Source of the DNA: Vicugna vicugna
Taxonomy: Eukaryota
DNA: 64,000 nucleotides
Reading direction: 5' to 3'
Assembly (NCBI GenBank): GCA_013265495.1
Contig: MU058531.1
Span: forward strand, 2,790,911-2,854,910
Under the pieces are notes generated by a model. The model was given only the letters and a program-made list of their open reading frames with translations. It was not told the DNA's origin and did not search any database. Shown here in pieces: positions 11,901 to 24,273 of the stretch. How positions within the stretch are numbered: the first letter of the stretch is position 1; each line of letters opens with the position of its first letter. The position numbers and the translations under genes are program-made.

Positions 11901-14900
11901 GTGCTTAATCTATTTACAACATCGACTCCATTATGAACTAATTCCACATCATGCTGACTTTGAAAGGCATTCTTGGGAATGGAATTCCCATCTGCCTTGG
12001 GAGGCTACATGCATATGGTCCAGAGTATTGAATGTATTGACCTCACAAATCTATTTAGCATGAAATATTTAAACTGTAGAGGGTTCTTAAACCTTGAAAA
12101 TCATTGTCAGTGTTGGTTCCCCATATGGTGGTCAAGTTGTACTTTCTCTGAACTGAACAGCCATTTCTGGAAAGCACCCTTGCCTTCTAGCTGTTTGTAA
12201 TAACATCTGCGCAACAGTGGTGAGGCAAGTCAGCTCCAGTCTCTTTGGACAAACAATCCTCTGAGCCGGGGTGAACTCCAAGGGGCAGGGAGCTGCCCCT
12301 CAGCCAGCACCTGGAAAACCAGACGACTCCACTCCCCTCGGCTTCCTTTCCAAAATGGGTTTCAGAGCTCTGCCTTCCTTTTAAATTGCTCTTTAAAGCA
12401 ACATGCAGATCTAATGGTGACATTTCCCCCCCTAGCCTGAGAAAGAGAAAGGAAGAACAAAAAACAAAATCAAGTGTTAGCCCGTTAGGATTTTCAGTTG
12501 CTTGTCACCCTCAAGACATTGATGGAGATTTATTTTCCTAATGAAGGCTCCAACATTAATGGTGGCACTTGCTAGAATCAGTTAGGACTAAGTGTTATTT
12601 AATTCACGGTGAAGCGACAATCTGACTGGACTGTGATTAGTTCCAGCTTTTAGCTATCATTTATAGGTCACCAGGCGGCTAACAACCTCAAATGAGGGAC
12701 CATTATCTTTTGACAAGATGAAGTGTTTTCTGGGGGGATGGGAGGAGAGGGAGGGGTGCTGCCCAGAAAGCCCAGCTCAATATTCTCTCTAGAAATTATT
12801 TCATTCCTAATAGAGCTTTGCCACCACTTACTCAGGAACTACACCAGGTAGGGATGCTGAAGGCAAAGGAGGAAAAGACTTTCCTCAAAGCCATTCACGT
12901 ATCCACTCAGCAACTATTCCTTGAATGAGCACTACAGGAGAGTACAGGAGTGTGTTGGTGGGGGTCCTTGGAAGGAAGGCTAATATTCAGCCTGCACATA
13001 CTGGCATGGCTGTTCTAATTTTTTTTTTTATGGCCAGTCCCCATTCTGATGGGATGAAGCATTCTGTCTTGATCCACTGGTGCCGGTGCTGGGTACATAC
13101 TGATGGTTAGATATTCCAAATAACAGCCTTGCCTGGAACAGTGTTTTTTTTTTGGAAGCCTATTTTTTTCTCTTAAGAAAATGCAGTTTTAAATAAAACT
13201 CTCTTTCATCATTAGTGTCTCTAAATTAGATGAAAGCTGTAGACCTGTTAATTATAACAAGATGACGTGATGCTGTTAGAAAGTAGTAGTTTGGGTGTAG
13301 GTACAATGTGACTCAAAAGGGTTAGAAGGTTATGGGTGCTTCAGGGTCCAGCCCATGAATAGCTGGCTGCTCATAATAAGAGACTTGATGACACCTTGGT
13401 TAACCCCATAACAGGGAGGGTCCACTGGTCCCTGAAGCGGGGCAATTTGAAACCACTGGAACAATGCAAGTGTCCCTGCTACCAATGACACATGTCAACC
13501 TTTATAATACTGCCTGGACTGGCCACCTCTTCTCCTGCCTCCTGAACTTGGGATGCCGCCTTCCTCCTTGAGAAAGTAGGAGACATTCTCACAGCTTGCT
13601 TTTCTCCCATCTAGTGAATCTTAGAAGGAAAAGAACTTACTCACCTGTTCTTAGTTCTACTTTTGGAACTAGAACATCAGACTTTAAGCAGTTTGATGCA
13701 ACACCTAAGCTTCCATGTATCAAATATCCACTGGGCATCAGATATTGAGAAGGTAATTTACCCATGAGTCCATTTAGCTCTCACCCCAGTCCAGTGAGGT
13801 AGGTGGGCATTATTGCTACCAGGTCACAGGTGAGTTGGAGGGATGACCCAGGATGCAAATCCAGGCCTGCTGCTCCATGGCACCCTGAGGAGCCAGATCT
13901 TAGAGATGTTATCTCTGCCCTCAAGGAGATTACAGTCAGTTGTGAAAATGAGCCATGCTTATACAGCTACAAGGCGTAACAAAGCATAGCAGTGTTTGCC
14001 AAACTTGAGCTCTTAGTTTAACAGGAAAAAAATTGTTATGAACCTCCAATGTTGATTGACATTTATAAATTATTAATTACTACAGGTGTAAAACTTGCAT
14101 GAACTCATTGTGCTGTTAATATTTTGGTGCATTTACTTATACACATATTTGAATCCTTTTATAGATTTGTATTATGCTTTTATCATTTCTCATACACCAA
14201 CCTTTTCCTATGTCGATAACAAAATTTTAAAAATTGATATGTTTTCATCTTTGCACTAATATATGGGATTTCACCATGTAGTCAATCACTCCCCTAAACT
14301 TGGGCATTTAGCTCATTCCTGATTTGTGCTATTATAAAGCACATTGTAACATTCATTTTTGTATGTCAACATTGAGCTGCCTTTCTGATTGTTTCTTGGA
14401 GTTAATACTGAGGAGTGGAATTATGGGGTCACAGGGCACTAGGAAGGTTCCACTAATATGTTCAGTTCTGGGATTGAAGGATCACTTTGGGGCCCAAGAA
14501 GTGTCAAGGAGAAAATGGCATTTGAACCAGAATTTCCAGGGTGGGCAGGATCTCTGCCAGGGCTGTGAAGGCATTCCAGGTGGGTGGCGATGTACATGGA
14601 CTCAGGAAGGAGGGTGCAAGGTGCCTGGGGGAACGGCCAGCATTCCAGTTTACCTAGCGCTGTCTTTCAACCTTTGAATGTATTGAGTGCACTTTGAATG
14701 CTAGGATTTTGGGCGGACAGTGAAGGAATTAAAATGTTTAAAACATCAAACAACTCAGCAATAAGGCCAAGACAGTCACCACTACAGTGTAATGTTCTCT
14801 AAATGCCCCAAAGCGTTGCCATGATCACACCATTTATTGCTCCTCTCGATTCTGTGTTGATCTTAGAATAGAACTGTTTGCTGACCTCACCATGGATTCA

Positions 14901-15084
14901 TATATTAACAGGACAGTGTTCTTACATGTTTTAGAAGACACGCTGACTGTCCTTGGTGTCACATGAGCCACACGGGGTTGCTACTGTCACTCATTACTTG
15001 ACCATCTGAGCTCCATGTTCCTCTAGACAGCACCCTCCTACCCCCTACTGGTGGAGTAGCACTGTGGTTCAAAGAAGTTAAGAA

Positions 15085-16250
15085 GTGTGCAGCAAAGGAA
15101 GCCCTCAACAAAATGAAAGGGCAACTTATTGAATGGGAGAAAATATTTGCAAATCATAGATCTGATAAGGGGTTAATATCCCAAATATATAAGGAACTCC
15201 TACAACAATAGAAACAAGAACAATCCAATTATAAAAGATAGCGGATTGAATAGATATCTTCCCAAAGAAGACATACAGATTGCCAACAGGTACATGAAAA
15301 GATGCTCAACATCTCAGTATCACTAGCCATCAGGGAAATGCAAATCAAAACTACAATGAGATACCACCTCACACCTGTTAGGATGGCTACTATGAAAAAG
15401 AAATAACAAGTGTTGGTGAGGATGTGGAGAAATCCTCACCAGGGAAAGGGAACCCTGGACCACTGATGGTGGGAATGTAAATTGGTGCAGATACTTTGGA
15501 AAGCAGTATGGAGGTTCCTCAAAAAATTAAAAATAGGACTACCATATGATCCAGCAATTCCACTTCAGGGTGTTTATCCAAAGAAAACAAAAACATTAAC
15601 TCGGAAAGATATCTGCTTGCCCATGTTGGCTGCAGCATTATTCACAATAGCCAAGATATGGAAACAATCTAAATATTCATTGATGAATGAACAGATAAAT
15701 AAAATGTGATATATATAAACAATGGAATATTATTCAGCTGTAAAAAAAAGAGTGAAATCTTGCCCTTGTGACAACATGGATGGACCTTAAGGGCATTATG
15801 CTAAGTGAAATAAGCCAGAGAAAGACAAATACTGTATGATCTCACTTATATGTGGAATCTGAAAAACAAACAAAAACTCCAACAGTTCATAGGCACAGAG
15901 AACAGATTGGTGGCTGCCAGGAGTGGGAGTAGGCAAAATAGTTGAAGGAAGTCAAAAGGTACAAACTTCCAGTTATAAAATAAATAAGTCATGAACATGT
16001 AATGTCAGGATGGTGTATATAGTTAATAATACTATATTGCGTATTTGAAAGTTGCTGAAAGTAGATCTTAAAAGGTCTCATCACAAGAAAAATATTCTTA
16101 ACTGTGTGTAGTGTTGGATGTTAACTAGACTTATTGTGGTGATCATTGTGCAACATATACAAATATTGAATCATTATGTTCTACACCTGAAATGAATATA
16201 ATGTTAATATAATGTTGTATGCCAATGATCCCTCAGTAAAAACCCAAATG
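15085..16250 (+). mobile_element. L1 (L1MA-like) ORF2 end and 3'UTR
   Basis: [27 protein letters not shown] is the L1 ORF2 C-terminus; typical 3'UTR follows. Confidence 0.92.
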
Positions 16251-16299
16251 AATTAAAAGATTAAGGTGATATTTCCAGACTCCCCTCAGAAAAGTTAAG

Positions 16300-16530
16300 G
16301 AAAGAACCCAGACTGTCTGGGTTCAAATCCCAGCTCTACCACTTACCAGTTGTGTGGCCTTGGGCAAGTTACTGAACCTCTTTATGCCTCAGTTTCTTCA
16401 ACTGCAAAATTGGGTTAATAATGTTATCCACATTTACAGGGTTATCTTGAGGACTCAATGAGTTAATATGTATAAAGCACTTAAAACAATGGTGTGCATA
16501 GAATAAACACTTTAAATAAGTGCTTATTAC
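16300..16530 (+). mobile_element. MIR SINE
   Basis: gggttcaaatcccagctctaccacttacc...ttgggcaagttactgaacctc...cctcagtttc. Confidence 0.85.
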
Positions 16531-16659
16531 TTTAATTTTGGCCCAGTGATTGAGATTTTGCAGTGCATTTATAAGGGGTTTATGGCCAAGTGATTTGCCC
16601 CACCATTCCACCCCCCCAGACCCAGAGGACTAGAAATTGCCTCCTTCCCAACTTGGCCC

Positions 16660-16705
16660 ACGTCTACAACAAACAGGTATGTGTCAAAGGTGAAATGTGT
16701 TTATT
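16660..16705 (-). terminator. MYOF polyadenylation signal and GU-rich downstream element
   Basis: AATAAA at 16700-16705 (minus strand), followed about 25-35 nt later by TGTTTGTTGT. Confidence 0.8.
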
Positions 16706-17204
16706 TGGGTTCATCACAGAAGTTGAATAGAGTCTCCTGATATTTATCCATATAAAATACAACAATGGTTACAGGCATAAATAAAAAATTCCTCTCACTA
16801 TTCTATTTTATAATGCGCATTTGGTTGATTATAGATAAGTATATGAAGTCAAGATGCAGAAATGTTCAAGTTCAGTTTCAGCAATTTCTAAAACACTGAA
16901 TTACAGAATTAGGACGCATTAAAAAAAAAGGACTTTTAAATGGAACCAGCCACCTTGAAAAATATTGTGAAAAAATACAGTTAAAACTTCTAATACTTCA
17001 AAAGATAACAAGATAAAAATGTTGCTTGTTGGCCTAACTTTGTCCTAGACCCTCTGGGAACTGATGGGCCTCAGTGAAGGAGTGTAGCATGCCCCTGGAA
17101 TGTAGTCTCCAACCCAAACAAAATCACTCTTGGTTTTGGTCTGTGAACAAAGACAGGATTCCCTCATTGCTGGATAACTCTATAGAGAAGAAGCTTTGCT
17201 TCCA
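16680..17204 (-). other. MYOF: MYOF 3' UTR (about 520 nt)
   Basis: AU-rich, repeat-free stretch between the stop codon and the poly(A) signal; exact cleavage site is inferred. Confidence 0.8.
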
Positions 17205-17243
17205 TCATGCATTTGGCCTCACGATCTTCATTGACAAATAGTT
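17205..17243 (-). CDS. MYOF: MYOF terminal exon ~54, coding part (NYLSMKIVRPNA-stop)
   Basis: ttttttag|AAC TAT TTG TCA ATG AAG ATC GTG AGG CCA AAT GCA TGA. Confidence 0.94.
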   Translation of the reverse strand, partial: NYLSMKIVRPNA

Positions 17244-17271
17244 CTAAAAAAGAAACAGAAATAGGTTAAAA

Positions 17272-17339
17272 AATTATATATGTATATATATAATTATAAA
17301 TATATATATAATTATAATTATAAAATATATATAAAATTT
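17272..17339. repeat. AT-rich low-complexity (TA)n tract next to the last acceptor
   Basis: Directly visible in the sequence. Confidence 0.85.
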
Positions 17340-17342
17340 GGG

Positions 17343-17534
17343 GATTCTCATTGGCACTGTTTAGGACCAGATGAGTCTTGTGGGGGGCTCCCCTGTGCAT
17401 TGCAGGATATTTAGTAGCATCCCTGGCCTCTACGCACTAGATTGTAGCATCCCCAGTCGTGAGAACCAGAATGTCTCCAGATAATGCCAGATGTCCTCCC
17501 AGGGGGCAAAACTGCCCCTAGTTGAGAACCACTG
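17343..17534 (+). mobile_element. MER20-like hAT DNA transposon relic
   Basis: gcatccctggcctctac...tgtctccaga...gggggcaaaa...gttgagaaccactg. Confidence 0.8.
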
Positions 17535-18659
17535 GTTTAAATCAATAGACTGTAAATCAGGAAAAAGAAATAACTATGAGGAATTTTTTCAAATGGTCAA
17601 GACACACGGGACTACCTACAATCAGGAAATAGCGTGCACGTACTCATGATTAACAAGCTGTAAGTATTGGTGGGAGAAACGAAGACACCAAATCCCTGCG
17701 AGTGTGGTTGTATGACTAAGCTACTAAACACCACATAATCGATACTACTAATATGACCTGACGTGAGAGTCTCTGAACGCCTGACTATCCCTTCTCCACT
17801 CGGCAAACTGAGCGTAAACGCCCCCTCCTTGGTGAAACCGTCCTCAGCGGTGCAGTCCTGCAGTCGTTTGTTCGTATCCTAGAACAGCTTGCCTCATAGG
17901 AATTTAACTGTTTGTACACAGTAATTTGCTTGTCCCAGGATATGAACTGCTTGTGGACAGAAATCATGCCTTGGTTCATCTCTGCATCCCAATTCCTGAC
18001 CTGCCAGAGATGCTCCACAAATCCCCTGAACGAAGAAATGAAAGTACTACTTCTAGGCACACTGACAAGCCTCCCATTTGGACGTGCCTTTATGACTGGG
18101 GAGATTAAGGGAGACTTGAGGGGGAGGTTATGAAATGTGGGCCTTACAGAATGAGGGAGGTTTGGCTAGACAAAACACAGGCAAGGGAACAGCACTGGCA
18201 AGGGGGTCCTGGCAAGTGAGGGCAGTACTTGCTTGGGGAGGCCAACTTTTGAGTTTGGGTGGAGTTCAAGGCCTGTGGAGGCCTAGAACAAGCCCAGATT
18301 TGGGGATCTGTGAGTGCCAGGTTAAGGAGTTAGGACGCAGGATGGTTTGGAACAAGAAAATCTGAAGGCAGGAAGCTCCGCCGGCAATGCTGGCGGTCAT
18401 TCAGACACACGCTGATAAAGGCCTCAGGGATTTCCCCTAGAATTCCTGAAACCAAAGTTTTTTCTTCAGACCATGAAGTTCTGCCCGTAATGCATGAAAC
18501 CCCGAGAATGTGATCCTCATCACAGGACACATTAAATTTTCCCAACACCACAACCGCTACATAGGTCCTTTTACTGGACAGCAACAGAGGCGAGTGCCAA
18601 GTGGGGTGTTGGACCATGATTCCCACAAAAGGAGCCAAGACAAGGCCAAGGACTCTCAC

Positions 18660-18807
18660 CGGCAAGGAGTAGAGGAGCACAGCCAGGAAGAGCAGCAGGA
18701 TGAGCAGGATGAGCAGGCCGATGATCACCCACTTGAATCGGCGCCACACGATGAACCGCATGGTCTTACATGGGTTGGTGAACCAGAGGAAGGAGGTTTC
18801 CGGGCGG
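18660..18807 (-). CDS. MYOF: MYOF exon ~53 encoding the C-terminal transmembrane helix (RPETSFLWF...[24 protein letters not shown])
   Basis: tgcag|C...CCG|gtgaga; 148 nt, phase 2-0; hydrophobic run of about 22 aa. Confidence 0.96.
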
Positions 18808-19175
18808 CTGCATTGCAAAGAAACGGTTTTACCTCCCGAGCTCGGAAGGGACAGAGCCTTTACACCTCAGAGCGTGACCCAGTTTAAAGAATAAGGAATA
18901 ACATTTATAGCATCAAGAAAAGATACCATTCCCCTCAGGTGGCTGAGAAAGATTCTTTAACCTTTTATGGCCTCCTGAGATACTGAAGACACACTGGACT
19001 CTGGTTTCACGGGAAGGAGAATGGTTCCAGTGAAGCCAGATCACCAACCTCTCCATCCCCCATCCCCAGTACTCAGTACAGAATCAAGACAAGGCTAATC
19101 CATTCCATTAAGCCAGCTGGAAGGGGGGCTTTCAGACTGCAGGTGTTTGGGAGTCAGAACAAAGCGGGCCTCTCA

Positions 19176-19397
<222 letters not shown>

Positions 19398-20997
19398 TTA
19401 GATTGCCTTCAATTTTCCCCAGGAGATTTCATCACATTTCCTCTTCCATGTGTTTCTGAACCAACGCCATGTGGGAAACGGAGAGGACAAATTGCTTTCC
19501 CTCCTCCCTGCTTTTCAGTCTCTGGATCCCCATTATTCCAACTTTCTCACATCTGTCTTCTTGCCTGCTCATGCACCTCCCTTTGTAACTTTGCTTGGAC
19601 CCAGATTAACCTGAATACTGCTCATAACAACAGCTAACACTGATTAAGCATTAAGTGGGGGCTCCAAGAGCGCCTCCATGCTTCATGCCCACCATGGTAT
19701 TCCCACTGTGTGGAACAGTGTGGGTACTTAGTGGGCACTTGATGTATACGAGCTAGAGGAATGAATGAATGAGTGAATGAATGAATGCTGCCTCCCTGCA
19801 CTGAGCACTGCTTAAGCCACTTTATCTTGTGTAATGCTCGGGGCAAACCTATATATAAATCAGGTAGGATACTCATGTGCACATAAGGACACTGACGCTG
19901 TAAGAGGTCTAGAAACTTGCCCACTTCTAGAACCAGGCTAAACCTAGGTTGTAACACTTTCTAGAACCCTGGAGCCCACAAGGTCACCAACAATTTGAGA
20001 ACTCCCGACTCTGACAGTCATTTAGGTGATGGAGCACAGATGCCTCCTGTCGAAGAGTCAGACAAGGGTGGGTGTCTGATGGCAAGGTGGGGTTTCTCCA
20101 AACCTGTTCCTGGAATCTATAAAATGGAGATAATGTCTACTTCGTGGGGTTGTCAGCAGAACTAAGTGAGATTAGGTGCAAACTAATCTGTAGTGTCAGG
20201 AAGCTGCTAAGTGGTTTCCTGGGCCAGGGTGGAGGGAACAAGGGACTGCAGTGGGCACAAGGAAACTTTTGGAGGTCACAGGAATGTTCTGGATCTTGAT
20301 TATGGTTGTGGTTTCATGAGCATATACATCTGAGAGCTTACCAAATTGTGCACTTTAAGTGGGTGCAGTTTATTTTATGCAAATGATCCCTCAAAGTCTT
20401 TTGAAAAAACAAGATGATGAATGTAAGGCATTTTGTAAATTGCCTGGTTCCTAATCAGTGGTGTAAAATGTTAACTGTTATTAATAATATATAATGAATG
20501 AGGTAGTCTTTTGTGACAGGGCATGGTAACTCACACTTTGGCTTCTACATCAAAATAGATCTTGAGTTCTCCACTGGTGCTTGTAATGTCTAGCCTTCAA
20601 GATCCATGGAAGTCAGCACTCCCTGCTGCCCTCCTCTTAAAAAAATTTCTTTTTTTTATGAGAACAGCTCAAATTTGAAGTTCCTTGTTCTATACTGAAT
20701 TGTACTAGAAGCTCATATGAATTAGCATTCTTGGTGAAGGAGGGCCCTGCAGAAATACAGTGCACCACATAGGCTCCCAGTTTGACAATTCCAATCCCCC
20801 TACCTTCCACTCAACCCCCAACATATGCTCACGGCATCTGCCACCTTCTCTTAAAATCCCAGGTACAAACCGTTTCCATAACTTAAAAGTACCACCAGTT
20901 TAACCTTCCTTATCTTCTCTGGAGCAAATCTACTCATATAGGGCAAAACCTAAATGATAAAAGGGATAAATGACCCCCAAGCAGGAAATACTCATAC

Positions 20998-21188
20998 AGC
21001 CATCACACGGGCGCCATCTTTATCTGCGTAGCACGGCCACCATCCTTTCATGGACTTCTGTTCAAAGAGAGAGGCTGTTTTCACTTTAAGGGGATTCATG
21101 GCTTTGAGGTCTGGAATCATGTCCAAATTGCATTTCTCTGATGATTTTGCTGGAATGATGGTGTGATGCAAATCAAGTTCCAGGAAAC
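20998..21188 (-). CDS. MYOF: MYOF exon ~51 (GFLELDLHHTIIPAKS...KGWWPCYADKDGARVMA)
   Basis: ctag|GT...GCT|gtatga; 191 nt, phase 1-0. Confidence 0.95.
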
Positions 21189-21859
21189 CTAGCCAAGGAA
21201 ACATTAAACCCAAATAAATTTCAAGTGGATCCATCGTCGTTCACAAGGGAACAGAATGTTGTCAGAAGAGGGGTAGACCATGATTTTCAACAGGGGATAG
21301 GTGAGTTAGAGAAACGGACCCTGGTAGATAGTTAAAATTATTCGCAGATCAGCTGGAAAGGGACAGAAGAAATATCTGTCCACTGTTCTGCATCTCACAG
21401 AGAACTACCTGTTTTATTTCTCAAAGACAGGAACATAAACCAAGTTCTTCTGCAAGCTCAGAAGAATTAAACATCTATAGGCAAAATTTCCACTGAACTT
21501 GGACTTGGAATTTGCTTATACTGAACTTCCCTGAATACAGTTATTTGGCTTTGGGTAAAGACACCTGGTACTTGGAACATGGGAAGCTGCATGGGATAGT
21601 CAGGTTCAAGTATCTCCTAGTGTAACCTCAGAAACAAGAGCTTGAGAAGGAACAATGAATTCTCAACAGAAAATTCTCACAAGGAACTAGGAAACCCAGC
21701 TCAGGGTGCCTGGAGACACACATTTATTCTTCCTCAATGTAAGGCATTAACTATATAGTAGCACTTTAACTGACTGCCTTTTGGGGGTTGGGAACTCCTC
21801 TGAGCCCTCTCCTGATTGATATGGTTATGATTTTTAAGTGACAAGATGAAGGATTTCAG

Positions 21860-23420
21860 AAAACAAACAAATAAGGAATCAATATAAATATTATAACTGG
21901 AAAACAAAAGCTAACATTAAGATACAAGATGGATTTAAATGACATATTAGACAAATTAGAGGAGGCAATGGTTGAACTGAATTATATGTCAAAAACAAAA
22001 TCCAGAATGAAGCACAAAAAGAAAAGAATGAAACAATATATCAAAAAAGACTTCCTTTTTCAACACTGACAGGTTAAAGACCTTGGAAATCTTCACTCCT
22101 GTCCTTACAAGAATGAAGTGTTGAACAAACCAAAAGTCAATTACTTTTTCTGAACCATCAAAAAACTGAAGTTTCAAAGGCAAATCACCACCCTTAAATC
22201 TGGAAGAGACAGGCAAATTCAGAGAGTCACAGGCGAGATTTGATTACATGGAGCAGAAGCCACTGGAACTACAAACAAGTAGACACACTAACATGGTCAT
22301 TTTGATAAGTTGCTGGGTGTAGAATTTGTTATCAAGTCCTCACAGTGAAGATCCAGAATGACCTTGTTGCTGTGGCAAGGACACCGTAAAAATAAACATT
22401 GCAAAATATACCCAGAACATTCTCTATTAAAAAGGCCCTCTCTCCAGAGGAAAAGACTTTATTAGAACTTCACTCCAGCTGGGGGAAGGAATTACCCCAT
22501 ACCACAGCCCTTTTCCAGCATTCTTTTCTCTAAGGGACAGTGGGGTGGGAAGCCATAGCACAGGAGAGACACATGTGAAATGAAAGTCACAGCCCAGAGA
22601 CACAGGTCCTCTGGAAGACAGATTGAATCACAAGATTATAGACTGCTTCTCCAACCCAGCACCTTAACACCATACCAACAGAGCTCCAATATAACAGCCG
22701 TAGATTGCAGCTGAAAGAGATGCAAGAAGCAGACCTTGCAATTCTTGCAAGGAATTCTTGGGAAGAACAAAATCAACAGAGGAGACAGAAGCCCCTGGCA
22801 GCTTTGGCTCCAGCAAACACTTGGCACAGCTCAGCTCCTAGTTGGACTCACATAAATCCTCACACTAAAGGTATGTTTATATCAGGTATTATGACTCCAT
22901 ATAACATTTCTGGTTTAAAGGAAAAAAAGTTACAAGGTGTGCTAAAAGGCAAGAAGAAATTCAAACTGAAGGAACAAAGCAGTCATCAGAGGCAGACTGG
23001 ATACGCCACAGCCTGGGGCCCAGTCTGGGAGGAACTACTACGTTTTTGTGAGTTTTACCTCCAGGAACCCTAAAATATCCTCACAGTGAAGATACAGGGA
23101 AAAACCCTCATATTTCAGGCAAGGGGAGGGAAATAAAACCATGCTGAAATATTCCCTGAATGATCTTTATAACAAAAGCCTACTCTCCAAAGGAAAAGAC
23201 TTCTGAAGACACATCAGACCTGGAGGAAGGACTGTTGCCCACCTCCAAACACTTGAGCCATTCTTTCTTACCTAAGGGGAGGAAGCAAGTTGAGAAGCAC
23301 TTGTGAAGGTCACAGCTCAAGGACGGAGACCCACTAAAACACTAAGATTTAATCATAAAATTATAAAAATGCTTCCCTTCTCCAATGCTTTACCACCACA
23401 TGGAAATGTCTCCGGGATAA
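21860..23420 (+). mobile_element. Ancient L1 (L1MC/L1MD-like) 5' region with internally repeated units
   Basis: cagagagtcacagg...ggagcagaagccactgga; two related units starting cctcacagtgaagat at about 22338 and 23079. Confidence 0.55.
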
Positions 23421-23782
23421 TTGTGGATTGCCGCTGCAAGGGTTGCAAGAGTCCTGTCGGGTCAGGTCTGTGGATTCCTGGGACAAGGCCTGGTCTCCAA
23501 CAGTGGCAGCGGAGAGCAGCAGGGAGGTTGTGGCAGAGTCGCCATAAACTGCTGGCCTCAGACACTGCCCATCAGCTTCTGATGGTTCCACAGCCCACAA
23601 GGCTTTCTGGAGCTAATGCCGGCTTTTATTTTGTCTCTCCTTTTTATGATAACTGCAACCATTTGCCTACTAGCCATTTTGAAATACAGTCATTCTCTTT
23701 CATTGTTGTCGACTATTTTATTGAAATTCCGAGGGGAAACCCTGCACCATTCTTTATGCTTTATAAGTGAGCATAATACTAC

Positions 23783-24273
23783 TGTGGACAGGAGATGTTG
23801 CCTGCCTTTCCAGGGAATAAGAAATGTTTTCTATCACCCCAGTACTACAAGGATCAGGCCATAGGCCACTGCAGCTGTCCACCTGAGGCTGTGCCCTGAG
23901 GGGAGTTCAGGATGGAGACAGACTGGAAGAATTCTGTGCCTTGGATCTGACCCTAGATAGTTAAGATGCATATCTAAGAAATAATTTCAGTGAGCTCAGA
24001 ATCTTGCATCTCCCCAAGCATAGAAAAGCACTAAGATCATTAACTTGAGATGTCTGTTTTTTGGGATTAGCAGTAATCGTTTGATATTAGACTACCTATT
24101 TATCCCCCCCCCCCAGCAAAAAAGTCCTGTATATCCTGGCTCCTCCCTTACCTCTTCAGAGTAATTCTTCAGAGCTCTCTGAGAGGCTGTCTCTGGGGCT
24201 ATAGTCCTCAGAAAGATCTCTGAATAAAACTTAACTCACAACTTTTAGGCTGTATATTTTTCTTCAGTCAACA
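23783..24273 (+). mobile_element. Solo ERV1-type LTR, antisense to MYOF
   Basis: TG...CA termini (tgtggaca...gtcaaca); AATAAA near 24223; flanks ctac and cttc form an imperfect 4-bp TSD. Confidence 0.7.

Noticed and set aside
13646..13676. Imperfect hairpin tgttcttagttc...gaactagaaca
   Set aside because: Short and bulged, within chance expectation; no miRNA or MITE context visible.
18330..18659. In-frame read-through of exon 53 into the last intron (about 110 extra codons) as an alternative C-terminus
   Set aside because: The donor CCG|gtgaga is good, a proper terminal exon exists, and nothing in the sequence supports intron retention.
18510..18894. Plus-strand ORFs (125 and 64 aa) antisense to the TM exon, and similar ones opposite exons 37, 43, 45 and 48
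   Set aside because: Shadow ORFs produced by the codon structure of the real minus-strand exons; no independent gene signals.
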